64,000 nucleotides of DNA, from positions 54,839-118,838 of the forward strand of contig JBFWRL010000003.1 of assembly GCA_050248915.1 (NCBI GenBank), written 5' to 3'. Both the position numbers and the translations under genes were made by a program. Positions 10,514 to 19,418 of this stretch are shown piece by piece. Under the pieces are notes generated by a model. The model was not told the origin of the DNA. It ran no database searches and worked only from the letters and a program-made list of their open reading frames with translations. The first letter of the stretch is position 1. Each line of letters starts with the position of its first letter. This DNA is from Candidatus Sericytochromatia bacterium (GTDB lineage Bacteria > Cyanobacteriota > Sericytochromatia > UBA7694).

Positions 10514-10611
10514 AGCTATTTTTGAGGGCAGACTAACAGAGTGTCTGAAGGCTTGGCAAAAAGCCCGTGCTTCCTGTTATGATGAATGACACCATCCGAA
10601 AAAAGGTTTAA

Positions 10612-12408
10612 ATGACAGAAACCTCTCTCTTGCACACCCATTCAAACGCCAACAGAGCCAATAAAGGCTTGCGTTATCTCGCCTTGGCAGCCAAAAAAAG
10701 CGGCCCTGAATTCCTTAAATATTTTCACAAAAGCATCACCCATTTACGCGATGCATTGCAAGAAGAGCCCGATTTTGAGATTTGGATCCAATGGCTGAGC
10801 GCCATGATGGACACCCTGATTCAGCGCCCAGAAGAGACCTGGTTGATTGAGATCATGGAGCGGCATTGCCTGGAATATGCTGAGTTGATGCAACCCCAAG
10901 AGAGTGACTTGGAAAAAGTTCTGGCTTTTATCAATAAAACGCGGCAATTGCGCCAGCTTGAAATCAACACCCAATTGCAAGTCTTCCATTTGGCTGAGGG
11001 CTTTTTCCACTATTTTGGGGGGCTCTTCCCCAGTTGGAACAGCGATTTGCTCTGCCTGCGGGGTGAGTTGTTGTTTGGCTTGGCCTTGGCTTCAACGCCC
11101 CCCTCCTTGCACCATTTGCAGTCGGCAGGCCACAGCTATTTACAGGCCAAAACCTGGGACGCCAACAACCCCCAAATTCACGCCTCTTTGGCAGTTTGCC
11201 TGCTCTACCAGGCCTGTTATAGCTCAGAAGGCGCATCCGCTTTGTATCACATGGCTTGGCACTCGCTGTGTACGGCGCTGCGCAAACCCCATTTGGCCCT
11301 GCCCAGTTTGGAAATTCCCGAAATTTTGCTCTATGCCTTTGTTCAACATCTCTCCATTGCCGAAAGTACCACTTTGTTTCGCCTGATCGGTGAAGCCTGG
11401 TTGGGTTATGAAAATACCCCTCCCGCCAAACGGCAATTTTGGCTCAAAGAAGCCGTCTGTACCCAATACCGAAATACCCTCAACGCCTTTCACACCGCAT
11501 TGCGGGCCCAATTGGAACTCACGCCCCCCATGCCGGTGCGTTCTGAACTCTATCTCAATGCCTGGATAGATATCCTCGAATCAGTCGGCGGAGATACACT
11601 CTGGTTGGCGGCTTGGTGTAAATTGCTCAAAAGTTTGCAGCCCTATGTCACAGAGTCTCTGTTTGTGGCCCGTTTGCACGACTTTTCGGGATTGTTGGTG
11701 CAATGCCTGAGTGATCAGCCGCTGGTTGGGGTGGCAGAAGAAGGCCTGACCCTGGAGCCCTATCTCAAGGTCGTTGCGCCCCTGCTCGAAAGCCTGGACA
11801 CAGCCTTGCTTTTGACGCTTTCCAAAGGTCTGTATCTGATTCTGGCTGAAATGCTCTTGCAGGGCTGGATCGATGAAGAGGGTTACCACCGGCTCTGGTT
11901 GGATTTATTGGCCAAACAATTGATGCAATGCCTGAAAGATCCCATTTTAAGTGAGTCGGTGATTCAGAGTCTGGAAAATGCCTGGTTGGCCCTGATTGCC
12001 TGCTCTCCCGATGAACACACGGTGATCGACAGCCACGAAACCCTGTTGGAATTAATGATTCATGCCAGTGCTGGGCAATTGCAACGCCTCTTGACCCTGA
12101 TCCGCAATCTCTATGCCATGTTGCTCAATCGCCACACCTGTGATTTTAACCTCGCGAATTTGGCCTCTTATTTACAGACCTTGGCTGAACACCGTTCCAA
12201 TGAAGAGGCCCGGCTCTTGTTGCTGGAGTCCTGCCAGGCCTATTCCCAGGCCTGCGCCATCGCAGAAGATGACACCGAATTGCTAATGGCATGGCAAAAC
12301 GCATTGCGGGCCCTGGCGGAGTGTGACCCTGAACATGCCCAAAAATTTGAATCAGAGGCCGATGGCATTTATCGCCAGGTCTTGGAATTGATGTACCAGC
12401 GCTCTTAA
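10612..12408 (+). CDS. hypothetical protein, all-helical orphan
   Basis: 598-aa ORF with AAAAGG Shine-Dalgarno 5 nt upstream of the ATG. Leu/Ala/Gln-rich sequence that looks helical-repeat-like. No known motif. Confidence 0.6.
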   Translation: MTETSLLHTHSNANRANKGLRYLALAAKKSGPEFLKYFHKSITHLRDALQEEPDFEIWIQWLSAMMDTLIQRPEETWLIEIMERHCLEYAELMQPQESDLEKVLAFINKTRQLRQLEINTQLQVFHLAEGFFHYFGGLFPSWNSDLLCLRGELLFGLALASTPPSLHHLQSAGHSYLQAKTWDANNPQIHASLAVCLLYQACYSSEGASALYHMAWHSLCTALRKPHLALPSLEIPEILLYAFVQHLSIAESTTLFRLIGEAWLGYENTPPAKRQFWLKEAVCTQYRNTLNAFHTALRAQLELTPPMPVRSELYLNAWIDILESVGGDTLWLAAWCKLLKSLQPYVTESLFVARLHDFSGLLVQCLSDQPLVGVAEEGLTLEPYLKVVAPLLESLDTALLLTLSKGLYLILAEMLLQGWIDEEGYHRLWLDLLAKQLMQCLKDPILSESVIQSLENAWLALIACSPDEHTVIDSHETLLELMIHASAGQLQRLLTLIRNLYAMLLNRHTCDFNLANLASYLQTLAEHRSNEEARLLLLESCQAYSQACAIAEDDTELLMAWQNALRALAECDPEHAQKFESEADGIYRQVLELMYQRS

Positions 12409-12426
12409 AGCAGCTTTGCTGGCCGT

Positions 12427-13236
12427 TTAGACCCGAATAAAACCGAGATCGCGAATGCCAGGGGGCAGCGCGAGATCGGGCAAAAAGCGCATTTCGAGAT
12501 TGTAACGGGCCAGGGTCATATTGGGCTTGACATAGGTGCGGTGCAGGCAAAAGCTGTCATAAAACAGGGCATCTCCGGCGGCCAAAATCTGGGGGCAGAA
12601 GGATTCCGGGGGAAAATAGGGCAAGATCTCTGTTTCCAGATCCAGATCGCGGTTATCGTAATAATGTTGCCCTTGGTCGATTTTGTGTAAACTCGGCCGA
12701 ATGGCTTTTAGTCCTGCTGGGATCAATTCCAGCGAAGGGGCATCGATGCCACAGCTCATCAACGGCGACCAACAATGCAAAAATTTCCAGTCGGGGTTTA
12801 AAAAATGCCCGTCCTGATGAAAGCCCGTATACCAACGGGGCTGGCTGGGGGTCTGGCGGCGCACCACACTGTGCAGCCCTGAGTAGAGGAAGTGTCCCTG
12901 GTAAACGGCCATTAAGATATCCGGCAGCGCAGAGGCCAAAAAAAGTTGGTAAATCAGCCAGGGGCTCTGTTGAAAATGGCCAAAACGTCCGCTGGGAATA
13001 TGGTTGATCATGTGAGGAACCAAATCAAAATAGGCCTTAAAATCTGGGGGCAATTGGCCATTTGCAATTTCGTGGTCAAGTTGGGCAAAGGCCCTTTCCG
13101 CCCAGCTGCAGATCTGCCCCATGGCTGGGGCCCCAAACAGGCCATTGATACGCACACAGCCGGTTTCTGCCAAAGCTGAGGAGATGCCCTGCAGATCGAG
13201 GTCTTGCACCGAGAAAACCCGCATGCCAGCTATCAT
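12427..13236 (-). CDS. phytanoyl-CoA dioxygenase (PhyH)-like Fe(II)/2-oxoglutarate oxygenase family protein
   Basis: HxD iron-binding motif in GFHQDGHF and a distal His in FCLHRT. Size fits the PhyH family. Confidence 0.55.
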   Translation of the reverse strand: MIAGMRVFSVQDLDLQGISSALAETGCVRINGLFGAPAMGQICSWAERAFAQLDHEIANGQLPPDFKAYFDLVPHMINHIPSGRFGHFQQSPWLIYQLFLASALPDILMAVYQGHFLYSGLHSVVRRQTPSQPRWYTGFHQDGHFLNPDWKFLHCWSPLMSCGIDAPSLELIPAGLKAIRPSLHKIDQGQHYYDNRDLDLETEILPYFPPESFCPQILAAGDALFYDSFCLHRTYVKPNMTLARYNLEMRFLPDLALPPGIRDLGFIRV

Positions 13237-13239
13237 GAC

Positions 13240-13455
13240 TTATTTCCGCAATTTGAGCATAAATAGGTAGAGAGCCAGAATGACAGTAAAGCCCAAACCC
13301 AGATAAAGACTGCGTTCGGGAGGGGCTTGACGAAAAAAGTATTCGACATAGCCAGCACAGGCAAAAGAGAGAAATAAGACAATGTTGACATAAGGCAGGT
13401 TGTGGGCCTTAAACAGTCTGCGAAAATCAAAGAGAGCCGTTAAATAATCTTTCAT
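13240..13455 (-). CDS. small membrane protein (2 predicted TM helices)
   Basis: 71-aa ORF 3 nt upstream of the PhyH-like gene on the same strand, with two hydrophobic helices. The alternative-frame ORF 13233-13430 is judged less likely. Confidence 0.45.
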   Translation of the reverse strand: MKDYLTALFDFRRLFKAHNLPYVNIVLFLSFACAGYVEYFFRQAPPERSLYLGLGFTVILALYLFMLKLRK

Positions 13456-13470
13456 GGTCTTCGTTTAAAG

Positions 13471-14535
13471 GTGATGTTCCCAGCGGGCGCTGGAGGGATG
13501 GTACACTGTAATCCTGGTTCAGTTTACGAGCAATCCCCCCGGATATCAAGAATGCACACTTCAGACAGCCCCCTCTTTTCCCTGCAATCCCCCCCGGATG
13601 CAGAGGCTCTCTTGCGGGTTCAAAAACAGATTTCAGCGTGGGTCCACACCACCCCCGTGATGACGTCAGAACAGATCAATGCCCGGGTGGGCCAAAAAAT
13701 CTGGTTTAAATGTGAGAATCTGCAAAAAATAGGGGCCTTTAAATACCGGGGTGCTTCAGCCGCGCTCTCACTTTTGGCCCCGGCAGATTTGCAAAGAGGG
13801 GTCACCACCCATTCTTCCGGCAACCATGCCCAGGCATTGGCCAGGGCCGCTCGCGAACGGGGAATCCCCGCTTGGATTGTTATGCCCGAAAATGCCCCGG
13901 CTGTCAAAATGGCCGCCGTCAAAGGCTATGGAGCAGAAATTATAACCTGTGAGGCGACCCAAGCGGCCCGCGAACGCACCCTTTTAGAGGTACAGGCCCG
14001 CACGGGAGCTGTCTTTATTCATCCTTACAACGATTACCGCGTGATTGCAGGCCAGGCCACCGCAGCAATGGAGTTTTTGGAACAGGTACCAGACTTGGAC
14101 TGGATCTTGGCCCCTGTCGGGGGCGGTGGTTTGCTTTCGGGCACCGCTTTGGCCTGTCATTATTTTGCCCCCCAGACCCGGGTCATGGGCTGTGAGCCGG
14201 CTGGGGCAGACGATGCCTTTCGCTCCTTTCAATCCAAAACACTTTTGCCCTCAGAATCCCCCAAAACACTTGCCGACGGGCTCTTGACGGGTTTGGGGGA
14301 GTTGACCTTTGAACTGATTCTCAAACATGTCTCTGACATTGTCACCGTCTCTGAAGCGGCATTGATTGAAGCCATGCATTTGATTTGGGAACGCATGAAA
14401 TTGGTGGTCGAACCTTCCAGTGCCGTGCCTTTGGCAGCGTTGCTCGAAAAGCCCATCGCCTCCCCCGGCGTGCGCGTGGGGATCATCCTTTCTGGCGGAA
14501 ATGTTGATCTTGGGCACTTGCCCTGGAACCGGTGA
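13471..14535 (+). CDS. threonine/serine dehydratase family PLP-dependent enzyme
   Basis: PLP-lysine motif CENLQKIGAFKYRGA, SSGNHAQA, and Gly loop PVGGGGLLSG. The ORF opens with GTG 13471 / ATG 13474. ATG 13552 (MHTSDSP) is an alternative giving a typical 327-aa product. Confidence 0.85.
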   Translation: MMFPAGAGGMVHCNPGSVYEQSPRISRMHTSDSPLFSLQSPPDAEALLRVQKQISAWVHTTPVMTSEQINARVGQKIWFKCENLQKIGAFKYRGASAALSLLAPADLQRGVTTHSSGNHAQALARAARERGIPAWIVMPENAPAVKMAAVKGYGAEIITCEATQAARERTLLEVQARTGAVFIHPYNDYRVIAGQATAAMEFLEQVPDLDWILAPVGGGGLLSGTALACHYFAPQTRVMGCEPAGADDAFRSFQSKTLLPSESPKTLADGLLTGLGELTFELILKHVSDIVTVSEAALIEAMHLIWERMKLVVEPSSAVPLAALLEKPIASPGVRVGIILSGGNVDLGHLPWNR

Positions 14536-14565
14536 TGGAGCTGTGAAAGGGTTAATCGAACAGCC

Positions 14566-15609
14566 ATGAGTTATTTAATGGTCCCCAAAATGGCCTTTTT
14601 GTTTCATATTCCCGAAATGTATTTTCATTATCGCAATGTCTTAAATTTGCTTGACCCAGCATCTTTTGACATCATTTTGCCCGACGAAGCCCCAGACGCA
14701 CTCTTGGATATCGTCGCGGCCAATGAATACCGCTTTTCGTATATTTCTGAGTTGCTCCATGCCAAAACCCTCTACCGCTATTTGATCTCAGATCATGTCT
14801 TTTTACACGATTACAATTTAATGAACCGCCTGGGCACCCGCCAAATCCGCTTTATTTCTGAACTGGGCTGTGATCGTCTCAATTTGACCAATTGGAACAA
14901 ACTCTACGATATGATCTTTTGCTTCGGTCGTTACCAAGAGCGCAAACTCAAATTCTGTAAAGGCATTTGGATTTTTCAGACCGGCTGGCCCCAATTTGAT
15001 CCCTTTTTCCAGGATGTAGACATTGACCTCGAAGGCCTGCAACGCAAATACAATTGTGATCCCAATAAACCCACCCTGCTCTGGACCCCCTATTTTGAGG
15101 CGCTTTGCTCAATTGAGATTTATGCAGAACGCATGGCGGCCTTAACGGATCGCTACAATGTGATTGTCAAACCCCACGACTATACCCACTTTGAAGAGTA
15201 TGAACGGGTGAAATTGCTCGAACAACTGCCTTTTACCAGTGTGACCAAACGTCCGACAGATCTCTTGGAATTGTTGGTCTTGGCAGACACTGTCTTTGCG
15301 GATTATGGCAGCACGCCTTTTCCACCACTCTATTGTGATAAACGCCAAATTTTGCTGCATGTGCCATATGCACCTGAACACGAATATGTGGGTTTTGGCA
15401 GCTCCGATCTGACCCTGAGATCGTATCTGCCCACGTTACAGCCCGATGCCCCCTTGGATGCGTTTTATGAACTGCTCGAATCAGAAGAACCTTGGTTGCG
15501 CTACGAACAAAAACAAAACACCCTCAAAGACCGCTTTTTTGCCGCCACCTATGGCAGCAGCTCACAGGTGACAGCCAAATTATTGACCACCTTAGATAAA
15601 TACATTTGA
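14566..15609 (+). CDS. hypothetical protein, possible CDP-glycerol glycerophosphotransferase (TagB/TagF)-like GT-B fold
   Basis: The pattern TLLWTPYF ... VIVKPHDYT ... ADTVFADYGSTPF resembles the LYAPTWR / KxHP / ITDYSS blocks of the Glyphos_transf family. Weak by-eye match. Confidence 0.5.
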   Translation: MSYLMVPKMAFLFHIPEMYFHYRNVLNLLDPASFDIILPDEAPDALLDIVAANEYRFSYISELLHAKTLYRYLISDHVFLHDYNLMNRLGTRQIRFISELGCDRLNLTNWNKLYDMIFCFGRYQERKLKFCKGIWIFQTGWPQFDPFFQDVDIDLEGLQRKYNCDPNKPTLLWTPYFEALCSIEIYAERMAALTDRYNVIVKPHDYTHFEEYERVKLLEQLPFTSVTKRPTDLLELLVLADTVFADYGSTPFPPLYCDKRQILLHVPYAPEHEYVGFGSSDLTLRSYLPTLQPDAPLDAFYELLESEEPWLRYEQKQNTLKDRFFAATYGSSSQVTAKLLTTLDKYI

Positions 15610-15622
15610 ACCCTGTTAAACC

Positions 15623-16249
15623 ATGAAACCCGAACGTCAGGCAGAAATTGAATCGGCTTTGGCCCAAACGGGGCCCCCACGCGATCCGCGTGTTGCAAAT
15701 GCGTTGAAGGCACTCACCTTATTGACGGCAGAGGTACGGGCCCACAACCTGGACTTTCGCTTGCTGCGTTGTCTCTGTGCCACAGCTTATCGCTTAATGG
15801 AACTGGACTTTAAGCGCATTGAGAGTTATCTGAGTTTGGTTTGGATTTTTGCCCTTTTGCGGGAGTATTCCCGGGCCTGGCAAATTTTGTTACACGCCGA
15901 ACGGGTCATTCCCAACCACCCTGCCATACAGGCCGGCTTTGAATGCATTCAGACCCTTTTAAAAAAGCCATCCCAATTTCAGCCCGTAGACATGGACGCC
16001 GTGGCCATTTCGTTTCAGTTTTCGAGCGAGCTTGCGCTTGAAACCCCAGGAGAAACGGGCGAAAAAACGGGGGAAGAGGCCTTGGCTTTGAACGCGCTTT
16101 TCCCACTATTAAAACAGGCTCTGGACCAGGCTGAGCCCGGTCTGTTACAAACGCGTTGGCAGGCTTTGCAGGGGGCATATCAACCCCTTCAATCCCAAGT
16201 TTTACAGGTTTTGCGCAATGCCCAGGGGGGTGCAGAAAATGCGGGATGA
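15623..16249 (+). CDS. hypothetical protein
   Basis: 208-aa ORF 13 nt after the preceding gene. No recognisable motif. Confidence 0.5.
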   Translation: MKPERQAEIESALAQTGPPRDPRVANALKALTLLTAEVRAHNLDFRLLRCLCATAYRLMELDFKRIESYLSLVWIFALLREYSRAWQILLHAERVIPNHPAIQAGFECIQTLLKKPSQFQPVDMDAVAISFQFSSELALETPGETGEKTGEEALALNALFPLLKQALDQAEPGLLQTRWQALQGAYQPLQSQVLQVLRNAQGGAENAG

Positions 16250-16520
16250 CGCCTTTCGCCAGGCAGAGCTCAATCAGGATTTAGCGGATCTCAAACCGCT
16301 GCATCCCCGCACCGTCAAAGGGGCCCTCGAAAGGGTCTTGGAAGACGAACGGGTGCGTGCAGAAGAACCCCTCAGTTTAAAAGAACTTTCTCAAGCAGTG
16401 TTTGGAACACAATTGGGTGTAGCAAGCATTTCCGAAAGCCAAGTGGCAGCCATTTTGGCCGCCAAAAACGGGGAAGTACTTGATCTGGCGTTGGCTCAAT
16501 GGGCCAACGCCAAGCGGTAA
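16239..16520 (+). CDS. hypothetical small acidic protein
   Basis: The ORF opens at 16218. ATG 16239 overlaps the upstream stop (ATGCGGGATGA), suggesting translational coupling. No motif. Confidence 0.35.
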   Translation: MRDDAFRQAELNQDLADLKPLHPRTVKGALERVLEDERVRAEEPLSLKELSQAVFGTQLGVASISESQVAAILAAKNGEVLDLALAQWANAKR

Positions 16521-18256
16521 ATCCGTTCGGGCTCCAGCGCTGGACCGCGCAAAAATCGGTGAATTTCATGCATCTCCAGCGCGGGTTCCGTCGCCAAAAT
16601 CTGCTGAAAGCCAGGATCTTGCATCAACGTGCGTGAAAACAACAATTCATGGGCCTGTGACTGGTCCAATAATTGCATCACATGACGCAAGCCAGGCCCA
16701 CTTAAACTCCATTTTTCGGCCTGGGGAGTTAAAAGCGCGCCGCCCCGGTGCAGAGCCAAATGGAGCTTGAGTTGCCAGGAAGCAGGCATGATAATGTTCC
16801 AGTTCCGCAGGTCTTTTAAGATTTTGAGTGCGGCCCGCAAGCCTGACTCAGCCCAAGGAAAGAGCAAAAGTGCCGTGTCTGGGCTGGTTTGCAGCAAAGC
16901 CCCTGCAAACTCAGCCAAACAGGGCGCCAAAAGCGCATGAAAATGCTGACTTTGACTGGGATTGCCCTCCAATAGACCCACCAAAAGAATCACCTGTTGG
17001 CCAATTTTCCAAGCATGGCGAGGACGGCATTCGGGAATGACCTCTGCCAATTCGCCACAGCTGATGGCTTGGGCCCCCGTCATGGGGCCTTGACTTTCGT
17101 AAGGGGTGTAACAGTAAAACAAAGCCCCAGGCTCAGCTTGACAGGTCAATTTGAGTTGCCCCCCAGCGGCCAATAGGGGCCATTCACGGTCTTCCAGTCG
17201 GTCTTGTGCTTTGACCTGAACTTCGGCCACCCCCCGCGCACCCACCCGTAAATGTACATGCCCTGGCAAACTGGGTGAAGCCAAGCGATACGCGCCCGGC
17301 CGATCTAAGGTGAGGGCCTGGCTTTGACCTTGCCACAGCCAAAACTGGGAAATGCGGTAGGGCTGATCTGCCGGAAAAGGGCTGTAGGCAAAAGGGGCTG
17401 TCTTGGCAGGGCTAAACCAGAGTGAGAGATGGTAATCGGGCTGCAAGTCATAGTCAAAACCGTATTTGCGGCTGCGGGTGCGCACAGGAAATTGGTCTGG
17501 GCTGATCTGAGAAAGCAAGGTCCCATCGGGTTCATGTAAACACCAGACGGGGCTAAGATGCCCCAACAGGCAGAGCTCTAACAGGGCCCTTAAAATCTGT
17601 TCTCGGGGCAAAGCTGTGACTTTTTCCAGGGCGCGGGGATGTAAACCCTGGCGATAGAGGGCCGCCGAGGAGAGCCCCTGATGAAATTTTTCGAGCACAT
17701 GCTGCAAACTGGGGGCACTGTAAAGGGCAGAAAAAGAAACTGCTACCGGCTGATTGACTGGGTTTTGGGGAGATTTGATAGCGGCGACCAACGCCATTAA
17801 ATAGGCTTTCAGGGGGGGCAAGAGCTTGGACTGGGCAGGGGGAGAGAGAACCAGATGAAGGGCAATCTTCAATTGTGTCTGGCTTTCGTTCCCTTCAAAT
17901 TCAAAGTCCCAGCAGATATATGCCAGAGTTGAAGTTTGCCCGATCCGCTCCAATTGAAAGTTTTGCCCGTATTTCCAGACGAGGGGAGACTCCCAAAATG
18001 TCAGGGGCAGTGAAAAGAGCATACTTTTCACTTCGGTCCAGCCCAAAGGGTGGCCATGAAACACATAGGTTTCTTCGGGCAACCCCATGCTGTGGTGCAA
18101 TTCTGGCAGTCGAAAACACCGCTGCCAGGCTTCAGCGAGGGGCAGATCGAGGTCGAGCTTCGCTCTCAGGGGTTTGGCCTGTTTGCGCAATGTATCTAAT
18201 TGGGTGCGGTTCGGGGTCGTTGTCATGCCAATTTGGGCTTCTTGTGCTTTTTTCAT
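16496..18256 (-). CDS. hypothetical protein with C-terminal degenerate class III nucleotidyl cyclase-like domain
   Basis: The C-terminal ~150 aa follow the cyclase homology domain pattern (VILLVGLLEGNPS ... PDTALLLFP ... LKLHLALHRGGALL ... LSGPGLRHVMQLLD ... ELLFSRTL). The first metal Asp and the Asn/Arg transition-state residues are substituted. Confidence 0.55.
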   Translation of the reverse strand: MKKAQEAQIGMTTTPNRTQLDTLRKQAKPLRAKLDLDLPLAEAWQRCFRLPELHHSMGLPEETYVFHGHPLGWTEVKSMLFSLPLTFWESPLVWKYGQNFQLERIGQTSTLAYICWDFEFEGNESQTQLKIALHLVLSPPAQSKLLPPLKAYLMALVAAIKSPQNPVNQPVAVSFSALYSAPSLQHVLEKFHQGLSSAALYRQGLHPRALEKVTALPREQILRALLELCLLGHLSPVWCLHEPDGTLLSQISPDQFPVRTRSRKYGFDYDLQPDYHLSLWFSPAKTAPFAYSPFPADQPYRISQFWLWQGQSQALTLDRPGAYRLASPSLPGHVHLRVGARGVAEVQVKAQDRLEDREWPLLAAGGQLKLTCQAEPGALFYCYTPYESQGPMTGAQAISCGELAEVIPECRPRHAWKIGQQVILLVGLLEGNPSQSQHFHALLAPCLAEFAGALLQTSPDTALLLFPWAESGLRAALKILKDLRNWNIIMPASWQLKLHLALHRGGALLTPQAEKWSLSGPGLRHVMQLLDQSQAHELLFSRTLMQDPGFQQILATEPALEMHEIHRFLRGPALEPERIYRLALAH

Positions 18257-19418
18257 CTCACGGGAGTGTGCTATTCTATTCTACATTCTACGGGAAAAAC
18301 TTCCTGAAAAGTCCCAGACGGGTATTGCTTTGAATCAACCTTCCACCCCTTTGTCTTTTTCCCTGGAAACCCTGCCCGAAGCGTGGAGCAGTCAGCAGGC
18401 TGAACTGCGTGTGGCCTGGGAACGGCTCGCAGAAATGGCCCCCGCGTGCCCGGCCTATTGGCAAAGCCAATTGCAAGCTTGCCTTGCCAGCCAAAGAGCG
18501 ACCTTGGTAGCAGCTTATGTCCAAAGTTGGCAAACCCAAGTGCAAGCGTTGCTTAAATTGGGATTGCAAGAAATTATCTTCAACTCGTTGGCGGGCATTC
18601 AGGGCGCATTGGCAGATTTGTTGGTCATTCAAGCGGCCCTGTTACAACATAAACTCAACTTTGAAAGCCTTTATCTTGGACTGCCTGGCCCAGAATCCAT
18701 TGAACCCAGTCAGATTTTAAAAAAATTTTGGCAAAACCAAGCCCGCTTGTCTGACAGCTTAAAAATGAACAATGAAACCGCGTTTAAAATGGCTCTTCAG
18801 GCCGAGTTGAATTGGCGCACTGAATTGATGATGATGCCTGGTTTTGCGTGGGTTGAAACAGCCTCTCTGTCTCAATTATCGCAAATCAGTTGTGATACCC
18901 TGGGGTATTATTTTTTATTGCGCGGCCTGTTGACCCAGCGCCAACGCCGTCTCGAGTCGGGGCAAACTGGGTTGATGGATTTAAAAGAATTGCGCAAGGC
19001 CCATCGGGCCCTCAGCGAGCCTGTTTCCCAGCCCACCTATTCTCCCCCTGAACACGCCTGGAAACTCAGTTTAACGCCCAAAAGTGAGGGCTTTGAAATT
19101 CACAATCAATGGGGACTGCCCCTCTCTCAGCTCAATCGGGGCTATCTCGATTATCTCAAAACGGGCTTTTACTGGCTCGAGCATTGTGCCGAACAAGAAT
19201 TTTCCCAACCAGGCCAATTGCTTCAGGCCGCAGAGTCTTTTTACAAAGCGCTCTCCGTCAATGCTTACAGTTACGAAGCCCATTGGGCCCTGGCCTGTAT
19301 TTGTTTTTTGATGGGATTATCAGAACAGGCCCTGGCCTTTTTGGAAAAAGCCGTTCAACAGACCCGAGATCCGGGCCTGCGCGGTTTACAAGAAGTGTTG
19401 GATTTACACGCTCAATAG
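18225..19418 (+). CDS. hypothetical protein with C-terminal TPR-like helices
   Basis: The ORF opens at 18087 but overlaps the divergent gene. ATG 18225 or TTG 18330 are more plausible starts. The C-terminus (AESFYKALSVNAYSYEAHWALACICFLMGLSEQALAFLEKAV) is TPR-like. Confidence 0.5.
   Translation: MPIWASCAFFISRECAILFYILREKLPEKSQTGIALNQPSTPLSFSLETLPEAWSSQQAELRVAWERLAEMAPACPAYWQSQLQACLASQRATLVAAYVQSWQTQVQALLKLGLQEIIFNSLAGIQGALADLLVIQAALLQHKLNFESLYLGLPGPESIEPSQILKKFWQNQARLSDSLKMNNETAFKMALQAELNWRTELMMMPGFAWVETASLSQLSQISCDTLGYYFLLRGLLTQRQRRLESGQTGLMDLKELRKAHRALSEPVSQPTYSPPEHAWKLSLTPKSEGFEIHNQWGLPLSQLNRGYLDYLKTGFYWLEHCAEQEFSQPGQLLQAAESFYKALSVNAYSYEAHWALACICFLMGLSEQALAFLEKAVQQTRDPGLRGLQEVLDLHAQ

Noticed and set aside
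18087-18224. Longest-ORF start (18087) of the 443-aa TPR-tailed orphan
   Set aside because: It would overlap 170 nt of the divergently transcribed pseudo-cyclase gene, and the Arg/Ser/Cys-rich translation looks non-genic. The true start remains uncertain (18225 or 18330).
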